Of a DNA stretch of 64,000 nucleotides, positions 18,750 through 28,648 are shown piece by piece (positions within the stretch are counted from its first letter, which is position 1; each line of letters opens with the position of its first letter). This DNA is from Candidatus Latescibacterota bacterium. Lineage in GTDB: Bacteria; Latescibacterota; UBA2968; UBA8231. The notes under the pieces are model-generated. The model was given only the letters and a program-made list of their open reading frames with translations. It searched no databases and was not told the origin of the DNA. Both the position numbers and the translations under genes were made by a program. The stretch is from assembly GCA_965248355.1 (NCBI GenBank), contig OZ252098.1, forward strand, positions 2,272,001 through 2,336,000, given 5' to 3'.

Positions 18750-19490
18750 CTCGAGGAGATGGAGCCGGGGCGGGGGAACCAGAGCCGCCAGCTTCTCCAG
18801 CAGTTCCATCGGAGACAGCAGGAGATGGCGGGTCCCATCCGACCACGGCGTCTTGAGCGCGAAGCAAAGCCGCTGCGCATCCAGAATGCGCAGGCGCCCT
18901 CCCGCCAGGGCCGGCCGGGCCACGTAGCGGCACAAGCGTTCGAGCCCCCGCCGGTCAGGGCCGGCGATCCGCGTTGCCGCATGCAGGGAAAAGCCGCGCG
19001 AAGCAAAGCACAAGGGCGCCGTACGCACTCCGGTGGCCGGATCTTTCAGGACCCGGCGCAGGCGTTGGCCGGCGCGGGCCCCGGTGGCGGTGAGCCCTCG
19101 CACCGAAGCCGCGGTGAGAGCCGCCAGCACCGGCTCCTCGTCGGCGAGCCGATCGGCTGCGGTGTCGTCGAGCAGGCCGCGTTTTGTGCACAAACGGATG
19201 ATGCGGCGCGCACTCGTCTCCACGATCTGCTGCACGGCTTGGTCGGACAACGGCGGGGCCGCAACGAAAACCGGAGCGTCCTCCCCATCGACGTAGACCC
19301 CGTCGAGCATGAGCACGTGCACGTGGGGATTGAGGTTCGGGGAGGAACCGAATCTCTGGACGAAGGTCACCGAGCCCCACCGCGCGCGGTCATGGCCCAG
19401 GGCCTGCGCCTGACGTCGATACCAGCCGCCTACCACGCGCAGAAACACCGCCAGTATCTTCGAGACCCACTCGCCGTCGTAGGCGACGGC
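18750..19490 (-). mobile_element. IS91/ISCR-family remnant C: catalytic core of an HUH rolling-circle transposase, truncated at both ends
   Basis: FVQRFGSSPNLNPHVHVLMLDGVY (HUH), GFSLHAA, LERLCRYVARP (catalytic Tyr), LKTPWSDGT, LEKLAALVPPPR. Confidence 0.92.
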
Positions 19491-19584
19491 GTGCACACAA
19501 GGAAGTTGACCCTGCTGCGGCAGGGGCGGGCCCGGAGGCTCGCCCTTCGGACGGGCGGTGTGATGGTCCCTCCCCGGCGGAGCC

Positions 19585-20775
19585 TCACACCACCGCCACC
19601 GACTCCCGCTCCACCTGATCCCAGTCGGGCTCGTCGGGGACGCGGTCGTTCCAGGCGATGGACATGTACCCGTCCTCGACGTAGGCCGTGCCGCGGCAGT
19701 CGATCTCCTCCTCGGGAGGGCGGGGGCCCTGGCCTCCGGTCTCGAAGAGGGGGTCGTTGGGGACCGCCAGGATGGCGTGGGGGTCGCCGCCGTGGACCTC
19801 GACCCCGAAGGCCTCGGCGAGTTGGGCCTGCTTGATCTGGCCGGTGATGCCGACGCCGCGCTGGCGGGCGATGTCCACGGCCTCCAGGGCCAGGTAGGGG
19901 GCGGTCTGGAAGGGCTGGCCGCCGAGGTGGCCGATCCACTCCAGGGCCAGCACCGGCAGGTCGAGGGTGGCGCACAGCTTCTGCAGGCCCAGCAGGTCGT
20001 AGTCCTGCAGGGGTTCCTCGATCCAGGTGTAGTTGTGTTTCTCCAGCACCCGGCCGATGCGGACGGCCTCGTCGTAGGTGTAGGACTCCACCGGGTCGTG
20101 CAGGAGGATGAAGTCGTCGCCGAGAGCGGCGCGCAACTCGCGGGCCAGCTCGGTGTTGCCGCGCACGCCGCGGTAGGAGTGGTCCTTGGCGCCCCTGAAG
20201 CCGTCCTCCTTGACCTTCACGGCATTGGCCACCATCTCGTCGATCGTGTGGCCGCCGTAGTTGCGGTAGGCCGGGACCCTTTCGCGGCAGGCGCCGAGGA
20301 GGCGGTACACGGGCTGCCGGGCGTGGCGGCTGGCCAGGTCCCACAACATTCGGTCCACCATATCGACCACGCCGCGGCCGGTGTAGTAGAAGCGCTGGGT
20401 GTACCACAGGCGCTGCCAGATGTACTCGCGGTCGAAGGCGTCGACGCCCAGCAGCAGCGGGCCGATCTCGATCTTGAAGCGGCGCGCATGGTGCGTGAGT
20501 TCGTCGACGTGGAAGCCGCTGCCGAAGGCGGTGTAAGCATCCAGGGGGCCGTCGGTGACCAGGCGCAGGGTGGCGGTCCAGGTGGGATGGAGGGTCTCGT
20601 CCCGGCAGGCCTCGAGCCAGCCGGCGGGCAGCTCCGGCGGCGCTCCGAAGCCGGCGGCGTGGGTGAACAGGCCCGACAGGCCGGGGGGCGCCTTCTCCAT
20701 GCCGCCGCGGTTGCCCACCGACCGCGCCTGGGGTTCCCCCGGCCGGATGTAGATGCGCACGTCCCGGATCTGCAT
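19585..20775 (-). CDS. Mandelate racemase/muconate lactonizing enzyme family protein
   Basis: DRMLWDLA, VPAY, GAKDH, LHDP, WIEEPL, GITG. Confidence 0.85.
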   Translation of the reverse strand: MQIRDVRIYIRPGEPQARSVGNRGGMEKAPPGLSGLFTHAAGFGAPPELPAGWLEACRDETLHPTWTATLRLVTDGPLDAYTAFGSGFHVDELTHHARRFKIEIGPLLLGVDAFDREYIWQRLWYTQRFYYTGRGVVDMVDRMLWDLASRHARQPVYRLLGACRERVPAYRNYGGHTIDEMVANAVKVKEDGFRGAKDHSYRGVRGNTELARELRAALGDDFILLHDPVESYTYDEAVRIGRVLEKHNYTWIEEPLQDYDLLGLQKLCATLDLPVLALEWIGHLGGQPFQTAPYLALEAVDIARQRGVGITGQIKQAQLAEAFGVEVHGGDPHAILAVPNDPLFETGGQGPRPPEEEIDCRGTAYVEDGYMSIAWNDRVPDEPDWDQVERESVAVV

Positions 20776-20785
20776 GCTCGACCTC

Positions 20786-21820
20786 TCAGGCGCCCAGGAT
20801 GGTGGCGGTCTCCCGCTCCACGGCGGCCCAGTCCAGCTCCAAGCCCAGCCCCGGCGACCGGGGCACGGGGAGGTGGCCCTCGGTCAGGTGGAGGGGGTTG
20901 CGAATGAGGGGCTCGCCGCCCTGGGAGCCGGTGGCCGTGGCCTCGAACCAGGTGCAGTTGCGCAGGGCGCCGATGACGTGGGCGTGGACGAAGCCGAAGC
21001 CGACTCCCTTGGAGGTGATCTCGCAGTTGACGCCGAAGCTCTCCGCCAGGCGGGCGATCTTGAGCATGTCGGTGATACCGCCGCGCCAGGGCACGCTGGC
21101 GCGCACGATGTCGACGGCCTGGCGGGCCAGCATCTGCGAGGTGGAGAAGGCCGAGCCGGGCAGGTACTCGGCGGCGGCGATGGGCACGTCGAGGGCGTCG
21201 GCCAACCGCTTCAGGCCCATCAGGTCGTAGTCGCGCAGGGGCTCCTCGAACCAGAAGTAGTCCTCCTCCTCCAGCACCCGGCCGACACGGAGGGCCTGGG
21301 GATAGGTGTAGGTCTGCACGGCGTCGTGCATGAGGTGGAAGTCGGGCCCCACGGCGCGGCGGGCCTGGCGGGCGACCTCCATCATGGTCTCGGGGCCGTG
21401 GTAGCAGTGGTCCTTGTACCCGAAGAACCCCTCCTCGCGGGCGGTGACCGCAGCCTCGACGAAGTCGCCCACGGTCGGCAGGTTGCCCCCCATCTTGTAA
21501 GCCGGGATGCGGTCGCGGAAGCCGCCGATGAGGCGGAAGACGGGCACGCCGCAGGCCTTGGCGGCCAGGTCCCACAGGGCCACGTCGAGGTAGCCGCGCA
21601 CCGAGTGGGGCAGGTAGGCGAAGCGGTCGAGGCGGACCAGCTCGTTCCACAGGCGCTCGCGCTCCATGGGGTCGGCGCCGACGAGGGTCTCGCGGCAGGA
21701 CTGGAGGATGTGGCGGGCGCTGTTGTCGTCCACGCCCGGGCACCAGCCCTCCAGCTCGGTATCGGTCCGCAGGCGCAGGAGGCCGCAGGGCTGGTGGATG
21801 TGGATGGCGGTGATGCGCAC
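20786..21820 (-). CDS. Mandelate racemase/muconate lactonizing enzyme family protein
   Basis: DVALWDLAAK, GYKDH, LMHDA, WFEEPL, GGIT, PGLGLELD. Confidence 0.9.
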   Translation of the reverse strand: MRITAIHIHQPCGLLRLRTDTELEGWCPGVDDNSARHILQSCRETLVGADPMERERLWNELVRLDRFAYLPHSVRGYLDVALWDLAAKACGVPVFRLIGGFRDRIPAYKMGGNLPTVGDFVEAAVTAREEGFFGYKDHCYHGPETMMEVARQARRAVGPDFHLMHDAVQTYTYPQALRVGRVLEEEDYFWFEEPLRDYDLMGLKRLADALDVPIAAAEYLPGSAFSTSQMLARQAVDIVRASVPWRGGITDMLKIARLAESFGVNCEITSKGVGFGFVHAHVIGALRNCTWFEATATGSQGGEPLIRNPLHLTEGHLPVPRSPGLGLELDWAAVERETATILGA

Positions 21821-21857
21821 GCGGAACCCTCCCCTCCCCGGCCGCGCGGGGCCGGTG

Positions 21858-22499
21858 TCAGCTCTCCAGGGCCTGCAGCAGGGCCTGGGCGATGACGGTG
21901 TGGCCCGCGTGGTTCGGGTGCACGGGCTCGGGGCAGAAGGTCTCGGCGTCCCGGTAGCGCAGCTGCTTCTGGAAGACGTCGTGGAGGCGCACGAGCCGCG
22001 CGCCGTGTTTCTCGCTCATGCGCTCCACCACCTCGATGTACCGGGGAAGGAGGTCGAGCACCTGGGCGCGGAAGGTGTCGCGGCCGTCGTCCAGGGAGAT
22101 GTAGAACGGGGAGATGAGCACCACGGGGCAGCCTATCTCGCGTGCGGTGAGCTCGAGGATCTCGTCGTAGAGGGCCTCGAAGCGCTCCGGCGGCACCCCC
22201 TCCGGGCCGCCGCCCAGGGCCGAGTGCAGGTCGTTGATGCCGATCTTCACCGACAGCCGGTCGGGCCGGTGGAAGAGGACGTCGTCGCGCCAGCGCAGGT
22301 GCAGGTCGGAGACCTTGTTGCCGCCGATGCCCTTGTTGATCCACTCGATGCGGCGCTCCGGCCAGCGCGCCGTCACCAGCTCGGTGAAGGTGCGCACGTA
22401 GCCGTTGCCCAGGGGCGCCTCGGCGGCGCGGCGCCCGCAGTCGGTGATGCTGTCGCCGATGAAGAGGAAGGTGGTGCCGTCCTGCAGCCAGTCGCTCAT
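21858..22499 (-). CDS. SGNH/GDSL hydrolase
   Basis: FIGDSITD, NKGIGG, IGIND, EPVHPNHAGH. Confidence 0.9.
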   Translation of the reverse strand: MSDWLQDGTTFLFIGDSITDCGRRAAEAPLGNGYVRTFTELVTARWPERRIEWINKGIGGNKVSDLHLRWRDDVLFHRPDRLSVKIGINDLHSALGGGPEGVPPERFEALYDEILELTAREIGCPVVLISPFYISLDDGRDTFRAQVLDLLPRYIEVVERMSEKHGARLVRLHDVFQKQLRYRDAETFCPEPVHPNHAGHTVIAQALLQALES

Positions 22500-23845
22500 G
22501 CCTGGATCCCTCCGTAGGTGCAGACGATCTCGTAGATGACGCGGGTGGCGAAGAGCAGCTCGTCGATCGAGGTGCGCTCGTCGTGGCCGTGGAGCAGGCC
22601 CAGCTCGCCGGAGCCGGCCTGCCGGCGGTAGGGCATGAAGCCGTAGACCTGGGTACCCGGCCGGCGCGGCACGATGTGCTTGGCGTCGGTGCCTCCCGTG
22701 GACAGGACGGGCACCAGCGGCGCCTCGGGCTCGTGCCGGGCCATGACCGCGGCGATGGTGTCGTAGAGCACGCCCGCCGCCTGCGCCTCCAGGGGCGGGC
22801 TGTACTGGTCGACCTCGAGATCCAGCTCCTCGCCGACCACGGCCCGCAGCTCGGCCAGGAAGCTCTCCTGCGTCTGGCCCGGCGCCAGGCGGCCGTCGAT
22901 CCAGGCGGTGGCCTCGGCGGGGATGATGTTGATCCCCGAGCCGGCGGAGAGCATGGTCACCGAGGCGGTGTTGCGCAGCAGGGCGCTCCAGCCGGCGCGC
23001 TCGGCGTCGTCGAGGGGCAGCCGCGCCAGGGCCGCCTCGCTGCGCTCCGGGTCGAACAGGGCCAGCAGGTCGGTCCGCAGCTGGGGCCGGCCGCGGGAGA
23101 TGGCCTCGAAGAAGGTGCGCAGGGTGGCGGAGGGGTGCACGGGCAGGGCGTGATCTCTCAAAGGCGCCAGGGCCGCGGCCAGGGTGAGCACGGCGTTGTC
23201 GCCCTGGGGCACCGAGCCGTGTCCGGGCCGGCCCCGGGCCGTGGCCCGCAGGCGGCAGATCCCCTTCTGGCCCACCTGGCAGGTGGTGAACCGGCGCCCC
23301 CCGAGGCGCACCTCGTGGCCGCCGCCCTCGGTGAGGACCACCGGCGCCTCGATCCCCGCCGGGTGGTGGTCGAGGAGCCAGCCGGGCCCGTGGCCGCCCT
23401 TGCCCGCCTCCTCGTCGGCGGTGGCCGCGAACATGATGTCCCGGTCGAGGCGCAGGCCCTGGCGCTTCAGCAGCAGCATGACCATCAGCTCGGCGGCGAC
23501 CATGTTCTTCATGTCGAGGGCGCCCCGGCCCCAGACGTAGCCGTCGTGGATGTCGCCGCCGAAGGGCGGGTGGGTCCAGGCCCCGGCGTCGGCGGCGACC
23601 ACGTCGGTGTGGCCCAGCAGCAGCAGCGGGGGCTCGCCGCCGCCTTCCCGGCGCGTGGTCACGTTGCCGCGCCCCGGCGCCGATTCCGTGATCTCGGCCG
23701 CGAAGCCCTCCTTCTCGAGGACGGAGGCCAGGTAGCGCGCCGCCGCGGTCTCGTTCCCAGGCGGGTTCGTGGTGTCGATGCGGATCAGGGCCTGCAGGTG
23801 GGCGGTCACCTCGGCGCCCACGGTGTTCCAGTCGATGCCTTGCAT
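22496..23845 (-). CDS. M20/M25/M40 family metallopeptidase
   Basis: TNPPGNE, GHTDVV, GRGALDMK, ADEE, GGTD, HGHDER. Confidence 0.92.
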   Translation of the reverse strand: MQGIDWNTVGAEVTAHLQALIRIDTTNPPGNETAAARYLASVLEKEGFAAEITESAPGRGNVTTRREGGGEPPLLLLGHTDVVAADAGAWTHPPFGGDIHDGYVWGRGALDMKNMVAAELMVMLLLKRQGLRLDRDIMFAATADEEAGKGGHGPGWLLDHHPAGIEAPVVLTEGGGHEVRLGGRRFTTCQVGQKGICRLRATARGRPGHGSVPQGDNAVLTLAAALAPLRDHALPVHPSATLRTFFEAISRGRPQLRTDLLALFDPERSEAALARLPLDDAERAGWSALLRNTASVTMLSAGSGINIIPAEATAWIDGRLAPGQTQESFLAELRAVVGEELDLEVDQYSPPLEAQAAGVLYDTIAAVMARHEPEAPLVPVLSTGGTDAKHIVPRRPGTQVYGFMPYRRQAGSGELGLLHGHDERTSIDELLFATRVIYEIVCTYGGIQA

Positions 23846-23887
23846 GAGGGCGGGTAAACAAGAGGTTTCGGCGTTACCTTCAAAGCC

Positions 23888-24715
23888 ATGCCCCGCCCCC
23901 TGCTCCTGCTTCTCGCCCTCGCCTGGCCGTACGCCTGCTCCGGCTCCGACCCGGCCAACGGCGGCGGTCCGGGCGTCGCGCCCTCTTCGAGCGCCATCCC
24001 CACCTGGGGCTACCGCATCGTCGACGTCTTCCCCCACGACCCGCAGGCCTTCACCCAGGGCCTGGTCTACCACGGCGGCCACCTCTACGAGAGCACCGGC
24101 GGCGGCGTGCAACTGACCTCGCGGCCGTCGATCCCCTCCAGCCTGCGCAAGGTGGAGATCGAGACCGGCCGGGTGCTGCGGGAGCACACCCTCGAGCCCC
24201 GGTTCTTCGGCGAGGGCCTGGCCCTCCTCGAAGGGCGCCTCTTCCAGCTCACCTGGACGTCCCGCGTCGGATTCGTCTACGACCTCGACAGCTTCGCCCA
24301 ACAGCGAGAGTTCCGCTACGCCACCGAGGGCTGGGGGCTCACCCACGACGGCGCCGCCCTCGTCATGAGCGACGGCTCCGCCCATCTGTCATGGCGGGAT
24401 CCCGTCACCTTCGCCGAGCGGGGCCGCGTCGAGGTCCGCCACGAGGGCGAGCCTTTGTACAGGCTCAACGAGCTGGAGTGGATCGGCGGGGAGGTCTGGG
24501 CCAACGTCCTGGAGTCGGACCGCGTGGCCCGCATCGACCCGGAGAGCGGCGCCGTGGCCGGCTGGATCGACCTGACGGGCCTGCTCACCTCGGGGGAGCG
24601 GCAACAGGCCGACGTGCTCAACGGCATCGCCTTCGACGCCGCCGGGGGCCGTCTCTTCGTCACCGGCAAGCTGTGGCCCTGGATGTTCGAGATCGAGGTC
24701 GAGGGCGCCGGCTGA
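23888..24715 (+). CDS. Glutaminyl-peptide cyclotransferase (probable lipoprotein)
   Basis: Signal peptide with Cys; FTQGL, YESTG, FGEG, EGWGL, LNELE, VLNGIA. Confidence 0.92.
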   Translation: MPRPLLLLLALAWPYACSGSDPANGGGPGVAPSSSAIPTWGYRIVDVFPHDPQAFTQGLVYHGGHLYESTGGGVQLTSRPSIPSSLRKVEIETGRVLREHTLEPRFFGEGLALLEGRLFQLTWTSRVGFVYDLDSFAQQREFRYATEGWGLTHDGAALVMSDGSAHLSWRDPVTFAERGRVEVRHEGEPLYRLNELEWIGGEVWANVLESDRVARIDPESGAVAGWIDLTGLLTSGERQQADVLNGIAFDAAGGRLFVTGKLWPWMFEIEVEGAG

Positions 24716-24868
24716 GCCCGGCCCGGGGGCGCGCCCTCGAGTCCACTGACACCCCAAGGGCCGGGCGGGAGGCCCCGCCTTGCCGCCTGGGTGCCGGGAA
24801 TCGATGTTACGGCCGTCCCCGCGCAACGGCCCCGCGCAGGCCGGCGCGGCCCTCCCGGAGATACCCCC

Positions 24869-26587
24869 ATGGACAGCATCCTCATCGTCGTGGCCGCCTT
24901 CGTCGGCTACCTGGTGGCCTACCACACCTACGGCCGCTACTTGAGCCGGAAGGTCTTCGGCCTGAGCTCCGACAACACGACTCCCTCCCGCGAGCAGAGC
25001 GACGGCGTCGACTTCGTCCCCACCCGCAAGCAGGTCATCTTCGGCCACCACTTCACCTCCATCGCCGGCACGGGCCCCATCGTCGGCCCGGCCATCGGCA
25101 TCATCTGGGGCTGGGTGCCGGCCCTGCTCTGGGTCTTCCTCGGCTCGATCTTCATGGGCGCCGTCCACGACCTCGGGGCCCTGGTGATCTCGCTGCGGCA
25201 CAAGGGCCGCACCATGGCCGACATCACCGGCATGGTCATGAACCGGCACCTGAAGATCATGTTCTTCATCATCGTCTTCCTCGCCCTGCTGATCGTCATC
25301 GCCATCTTCGGCCTGGTCATCGCCGTGCTCTTCGACCTCTATCCCCAGGCCGTCTTCCCGGTGTGGATGGAGATCCCCATCGCCCTGGTCCTGGGGCGGG
25401 CCATCAGCCGCGGACGCATCAACCTCACCGGCGCCACCGTGGTCGCCGTGGCCGCCATGTACGTCACCGTCGTCCTCGGGCACTACGTCCCTCTGCAGAT
25501 GCCGGCCATCGCCGGGATCCCGGCCACCGGCGTGTGGACCGTCCTGCTCCTCGTCTACGCCTACATCGCCTCGACCCTGCCGGTGACCACCCTGCTGCAG
25601 CCCCGCGACTACATCAACGCCTGGCAGCTCTTCATCGCCCTGGGACTGCTCGTGCTCGGGGTCTTCGCCGCCGCTCCGGCCATGGTCGCCCCGGCCTTCC
25701 ACCTGTCCCCCGAGGGGGCGCCGCCGTGGATGCCCTTCCTGTTCATCACCATCGCCTGCGGCGCCATCTCCGGCTTCCACTGCCTCGTGTCGAGCGGGAC
25801 CTCCTCCAAGCAGGTCTCCAGCGAGCCGGACGCGCGCTTCGTCGGCTACGGCTCCATGCTCACCGAGGGGTTCCTGGCGACGATCGTCATCATCGCCTGC
25901 GGCGCCGGCCTGGCCCTGGCCTATACCGCGGCCGACGGCACGGTGCTGACCGGCCCGGCCGCCTTCGCCGCCCATTACGGGAGCTGGATGGCCTCCAGCG
26001 GCCTGGCCTCCAAGGTGGCCGCCTTCGTCGTGGGAGCGGCCAACATGATCGCCGCCCTGGGCCTGCCCCGGGAGCTGGCCATCGTCGTCATGGGGGTCTT
26101 CGTCGCCTCCTTCGCCGGCACCACCCTCGACACGGCGACCCGCCTGCAGCGCTACGTCATCAGCGAGCTGGCGGCGGACCTGCGCATCGAGCCCCTGACG
26201 CGCCGCCACCCGGCGACCCTGCTGGCCGTGGTCAGCGCCGCGGCCCTGGCCTTCTACAACGGCGGCGGCGGCAAGGGAGCGCTGCTGCTGTGGCCGCTCT
26301 TCGGCAGCATGAACCAGCTGCTGGCCGGTCTCGCCCTGATCGTCGTCACCTACTGGCTCAAGCAGCAGGCCCGCAACTACCTGGTCACCCTGCTGCCGTC
26401 GCTGGCGATCTTCGTGTGCACCACCTGGGCCCTGGCCCACACCCTGGGCAGCCTCTACGGCAGCGGCAACGTGCCGAGCCTGGTCATCGGCGGGATCGCC
26501 CTGGCCCTGCAGATCTGGCTCACCGTCGAGGCCCTGGCCCTGCTGCTGCGGCGGGAGCCCGAGCCGGCGGCGGCCGCCGCCGGCTGA
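24869..26587 (+). CDS. cstA: Carbon starvation protein A (peptide/pyruvate transporter)
   Basis: DGVDFVPT, FGHHFTSIAGTGPIVGP, ITIACGAISGFH, TTLDTATRL, WPLFG. Confidence 0.92.
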   Translation: MDSILIVVAAFVGYLVAYHTYGRYLSRKVFGLSSDNTTPSREQSDGVDFVPTRKQVIFGHHFTSIAGTGPIVGPAIGIIWGWVPALLWVFLGSIFMGAVHDLGALVISLRHKGRTMADITGMVMNRHLKIMFFIIVFLALLIVIAIFGLVIAVLFDLYPQAVFPVWMEIPIALVLGRAISRGRINLTGATVVAVAAMYVTVVLGHYVPLQMPAIAGIPATGVWTVLLLVYAYIASTLPVTTLLQPRDYINAWQLFIALGLLVLGVFAAAPAMVAPAFHLSPEGAPPWMPFLFITIACGAISGFHCLVSSGTSSKQVSSEPDARFVGYGSMLTEGFLATIVIIACGAGLALAYTAADGTVLTGPAAFAAHYGSWMASSGLASKVAAFVVGAANMIAALGLPRELAIVVMGVFVASFAGTTLDTATRLQRYVISELAADLRIEPLTRRHPATLLAVVSAAALAFYNGGGGKGALLLWPLFGSMNQLLAGLALIVVTYWLKQQARNYLVTLLPSLAIFVCTTWALAHTLGSLYGSGNVPSLVIGGIALALQIWLTVEALALLLRREPEPAAAAAG

Positions 26588-26610
26588 CCGGGACCGCCCC
26601 TTCCCCGCCC

Positions 26611-28638
26611 ATGTCCCGGCTCCTGCAGGGCTGCCTTCTCGGGCTGCTGGCCGCCGGGACCGCCGCCGCCCGGCCGCCCCTGGCCGGGGTCGAGTGGCGC
26701 ACCCTGGACGACCTGCGCCGCCTCGCCGGGGCGGCGACCCTGCGCCACGTGGCCCCCGGGATCGCCCTCGTCGACGCCGAGCCCGCGGACCTGGCCGCCC
26801 TGGGGGCGAGGGTGCGCTTCACGGACCAGGCCCGTCCGGGAGAGAGCTACTTCCTCTCCGACCACGTGCACGCCCGGCCGGCGGGCCCGCCCATCACCAC
26901 CGTCTACCAGGATCCCGGGGGCTGGGCCCTGCACCGGCTGCCCGTGCAGCGGCTGGCGGAAGCCCTCGATCTCGAGCACTTCCTCTACCCCCTGCCCGAG
27001 CGCTACGCCACGCCGTCCCCGGCGGCGCCTAGGGCCGCGCCGCGCCCGGCGCAGCGCTCCCCGTCCCCGGAGGTGCGCGACCTGCTGGACGAGGTCGACC
27101 CGGCGCGCATGCGGGCGGACCTGGAACGGCTGGTCTTCGTCGATCCGGCCGCCGGCGCCGTGGCCGGCAACGTGCGCACCCGGTATGCCCGGCGTCCGGA
27201 GACCTTCGCCAGCACCACCTCCCTGCGGCGGCAGCTGGCCGCCGCCCTGGGAGAGGAGGCCGTCACCCTCGACACCTTCCGGATCGCCCCCGGGGACTCG
27301 CTGATGTACAACGTCATCGGCGAGCTGCGCGGCACCGACCCGGAGGCCGGCTACTGGGTGGTGTGCGCCCACTACGACGCCATCGGCTCCAACTCCCGGC
27401 CCTCGGACATGGCCCGCATCGGCGAGGGCCGGGAGCCCTGGGACTGGCGGCTGCACCCGGCGCCCGGCGCCGACGACAACGGCACGGGGGTCGTGCTGCT
27501 GCTCGAGAGCGCCCGCCTCCTGAGCCGGCGGAGCTTCCCCTTCTCCATCCGCTTCATCGCCTTCTCCGGCGAGGAGCTGGGCCTGTGGGGCAGCCGGCAC
27601 TACGCGGGCCGGGCCGGGGCGCGGCAGGACCGCGTCCTCGGCGTGCTCAACTACGACATGGTGGGCTTCAACGACCTGGCCCGCCGCATCGAGCTGGTCA
27701 CCAACCCGTCGTCGGCCTGGCTCGTGGACCTGATGATCGCCGCCGCGCGGCGCTACGAGCTCGGTCTGCAGATCGACGTCCTCGAGGACCGCTACGCCGG
27801 TCTCAGCGACCACGCGCCCTTCTGGGCCCAGGGCTACGACGCCATCCTCGGCATCGAGAACTACCTGCCCACGGACTCGACCTCGGCGGCGGTCGTCCGC
27901 GGCGACTACCGGGTCAACACCCAGTATCACACCGTGGCCGACTTGCCCGACTCCATCGACTGGGAACTGGTGACGGCCGTGACCCGTCTGACGCTGGCGA
28001 CCCTGGCCCAGTTCGGGGTCGAGGAAGGGCTGCCCAACCTGGCGGTCTTCGGGGGTGATCTGGCCGGCGACGGCTCCGGCGGCCTCCTGGCCCGCATCTC
28101 GAACATCGGGCCGGTCGCCGCGGACGGACCCGTGACCCTGCGCCTGCGGCGCTGCCGGAGCGACTCCAGCGGCTGCGAGGTCGTGTACGAAGGCACCCAT
28201 CCGGGACCCGTGCCCCCGGGGGCGGCGGTGGAGGTGCGCGTGCCCTGGCCGCGCTACGGGGAGGCCCTGTTCCTCGTCGAGGTGGACCCGGAGGACGAGG
28301 TCCTGGAGGAGGTCGAGATCGCCGACAACCGCGCCTTCACCCACGTGCGGCTGGTCCCCGCCGACATCCTCGTCTTCCCCAACCCCTTCCAGCGCTCGCG
28401 CGACGGCTTCGCCCGCTTCTTCGTGCCCGAGTTCTCCCGCCTGCGCATCTTCGAACCCCACGGAGCCCTGGTGTGGCAGGGCCGGGAGGAGTCGGGCAGC
28501 GTCGACCAGCGGGGCGAGATCCGCTGGACGGGCGTCAACGCCGCCGGCCACCTCCTCGGATCGGGGGTCTACTTCTACGACCTGCGCAGCTTCGAGGGGG
28601 ACGCCATCCAGCGGGGCAAGATCGCCCTGCTGAGGTAG
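26611..28638 (+). CDS. Secreted M28 peptidase with CARDB-like and FlgD-Ig/T9SS-like C-terminal domains
   Basis: CAHYD, GADDNGTG, GEELGLWGS, SDH, YHT; C-terminal FPNPF...SGVYFY...KIALLR. Confidence 0.85.
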   Translation: MSRLLQGCLLGLLAAGTAAARPPLAGVEWRTLDDLRRLAGAATLRHVAPGIALVDAEPADLAALGARVRFTDQARPGESYFLSDHVHARPAGPPITTVYQDPGGWALHRLPVQRLAEALDLEHFLYPLPERYATPSPAAPRAAPRPAQRSPSPEVRDLLDEVDPARMRADLERLVFVDPAAGAVAGNVRTRYARRPETFASTTSLRRQLAAALGEEAVTLDTFRIAPGDSLMYNVIGELRGTDPEAGYWVVCAHYDAIGSNSRPSDMARIGEGREPWDWRLHPAPGADDNGTGVVLLLESARLLSRRSFPFSIRFIAFSGEELGLWGSRHYAGRAGARQDRVLGVLNYDMVGFNDLARRIELVTNPSSAWLVDLMIAAARRYELGLQIDVLEDRYAGLSDHAPFWAQGYDAILGIENYLPTDSTSAAVVRGDYRVNTQYHTVADLPDSIDWELVTAVTRLTLATLAQFGVEEGLPNLAVFGGDLAGDGSGGLLARISNIGPVAADGPVTLRLRRCRSDSSGCEVVYEGTHPGPVPPGAAVEVRVPWPRYGEALFLVEVDPEDEVLEEVEIADNRAFTHVRLVPADILVFPNPFQRSRDGFARFFVPEFSRLRIFEPHGALVWQGREESGSVDQRGEIRWTGVNAAGHLLGSGVYFYDLRSFEGDAIQRGKIALLR

Positions 28639-28648
28639 GGAGGAAGGG

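Noticed and set aside
7721..19891. Integron or prophage interpretation of the island
   Set aside because: No tyrosine or serine integrase, attC-like repeats or phage genes seen; the only mobility sequences are IS91-type.
24391..28638. 1415-aa ORF and similar long Arg/Pro/Gly-rich ORFs (3383, 30420-32957, 40823, 48544, 54729, 55432)
   Set aside because: High-GC alternative-frame artefacts; at most their distal parts are real genes, re-started above.
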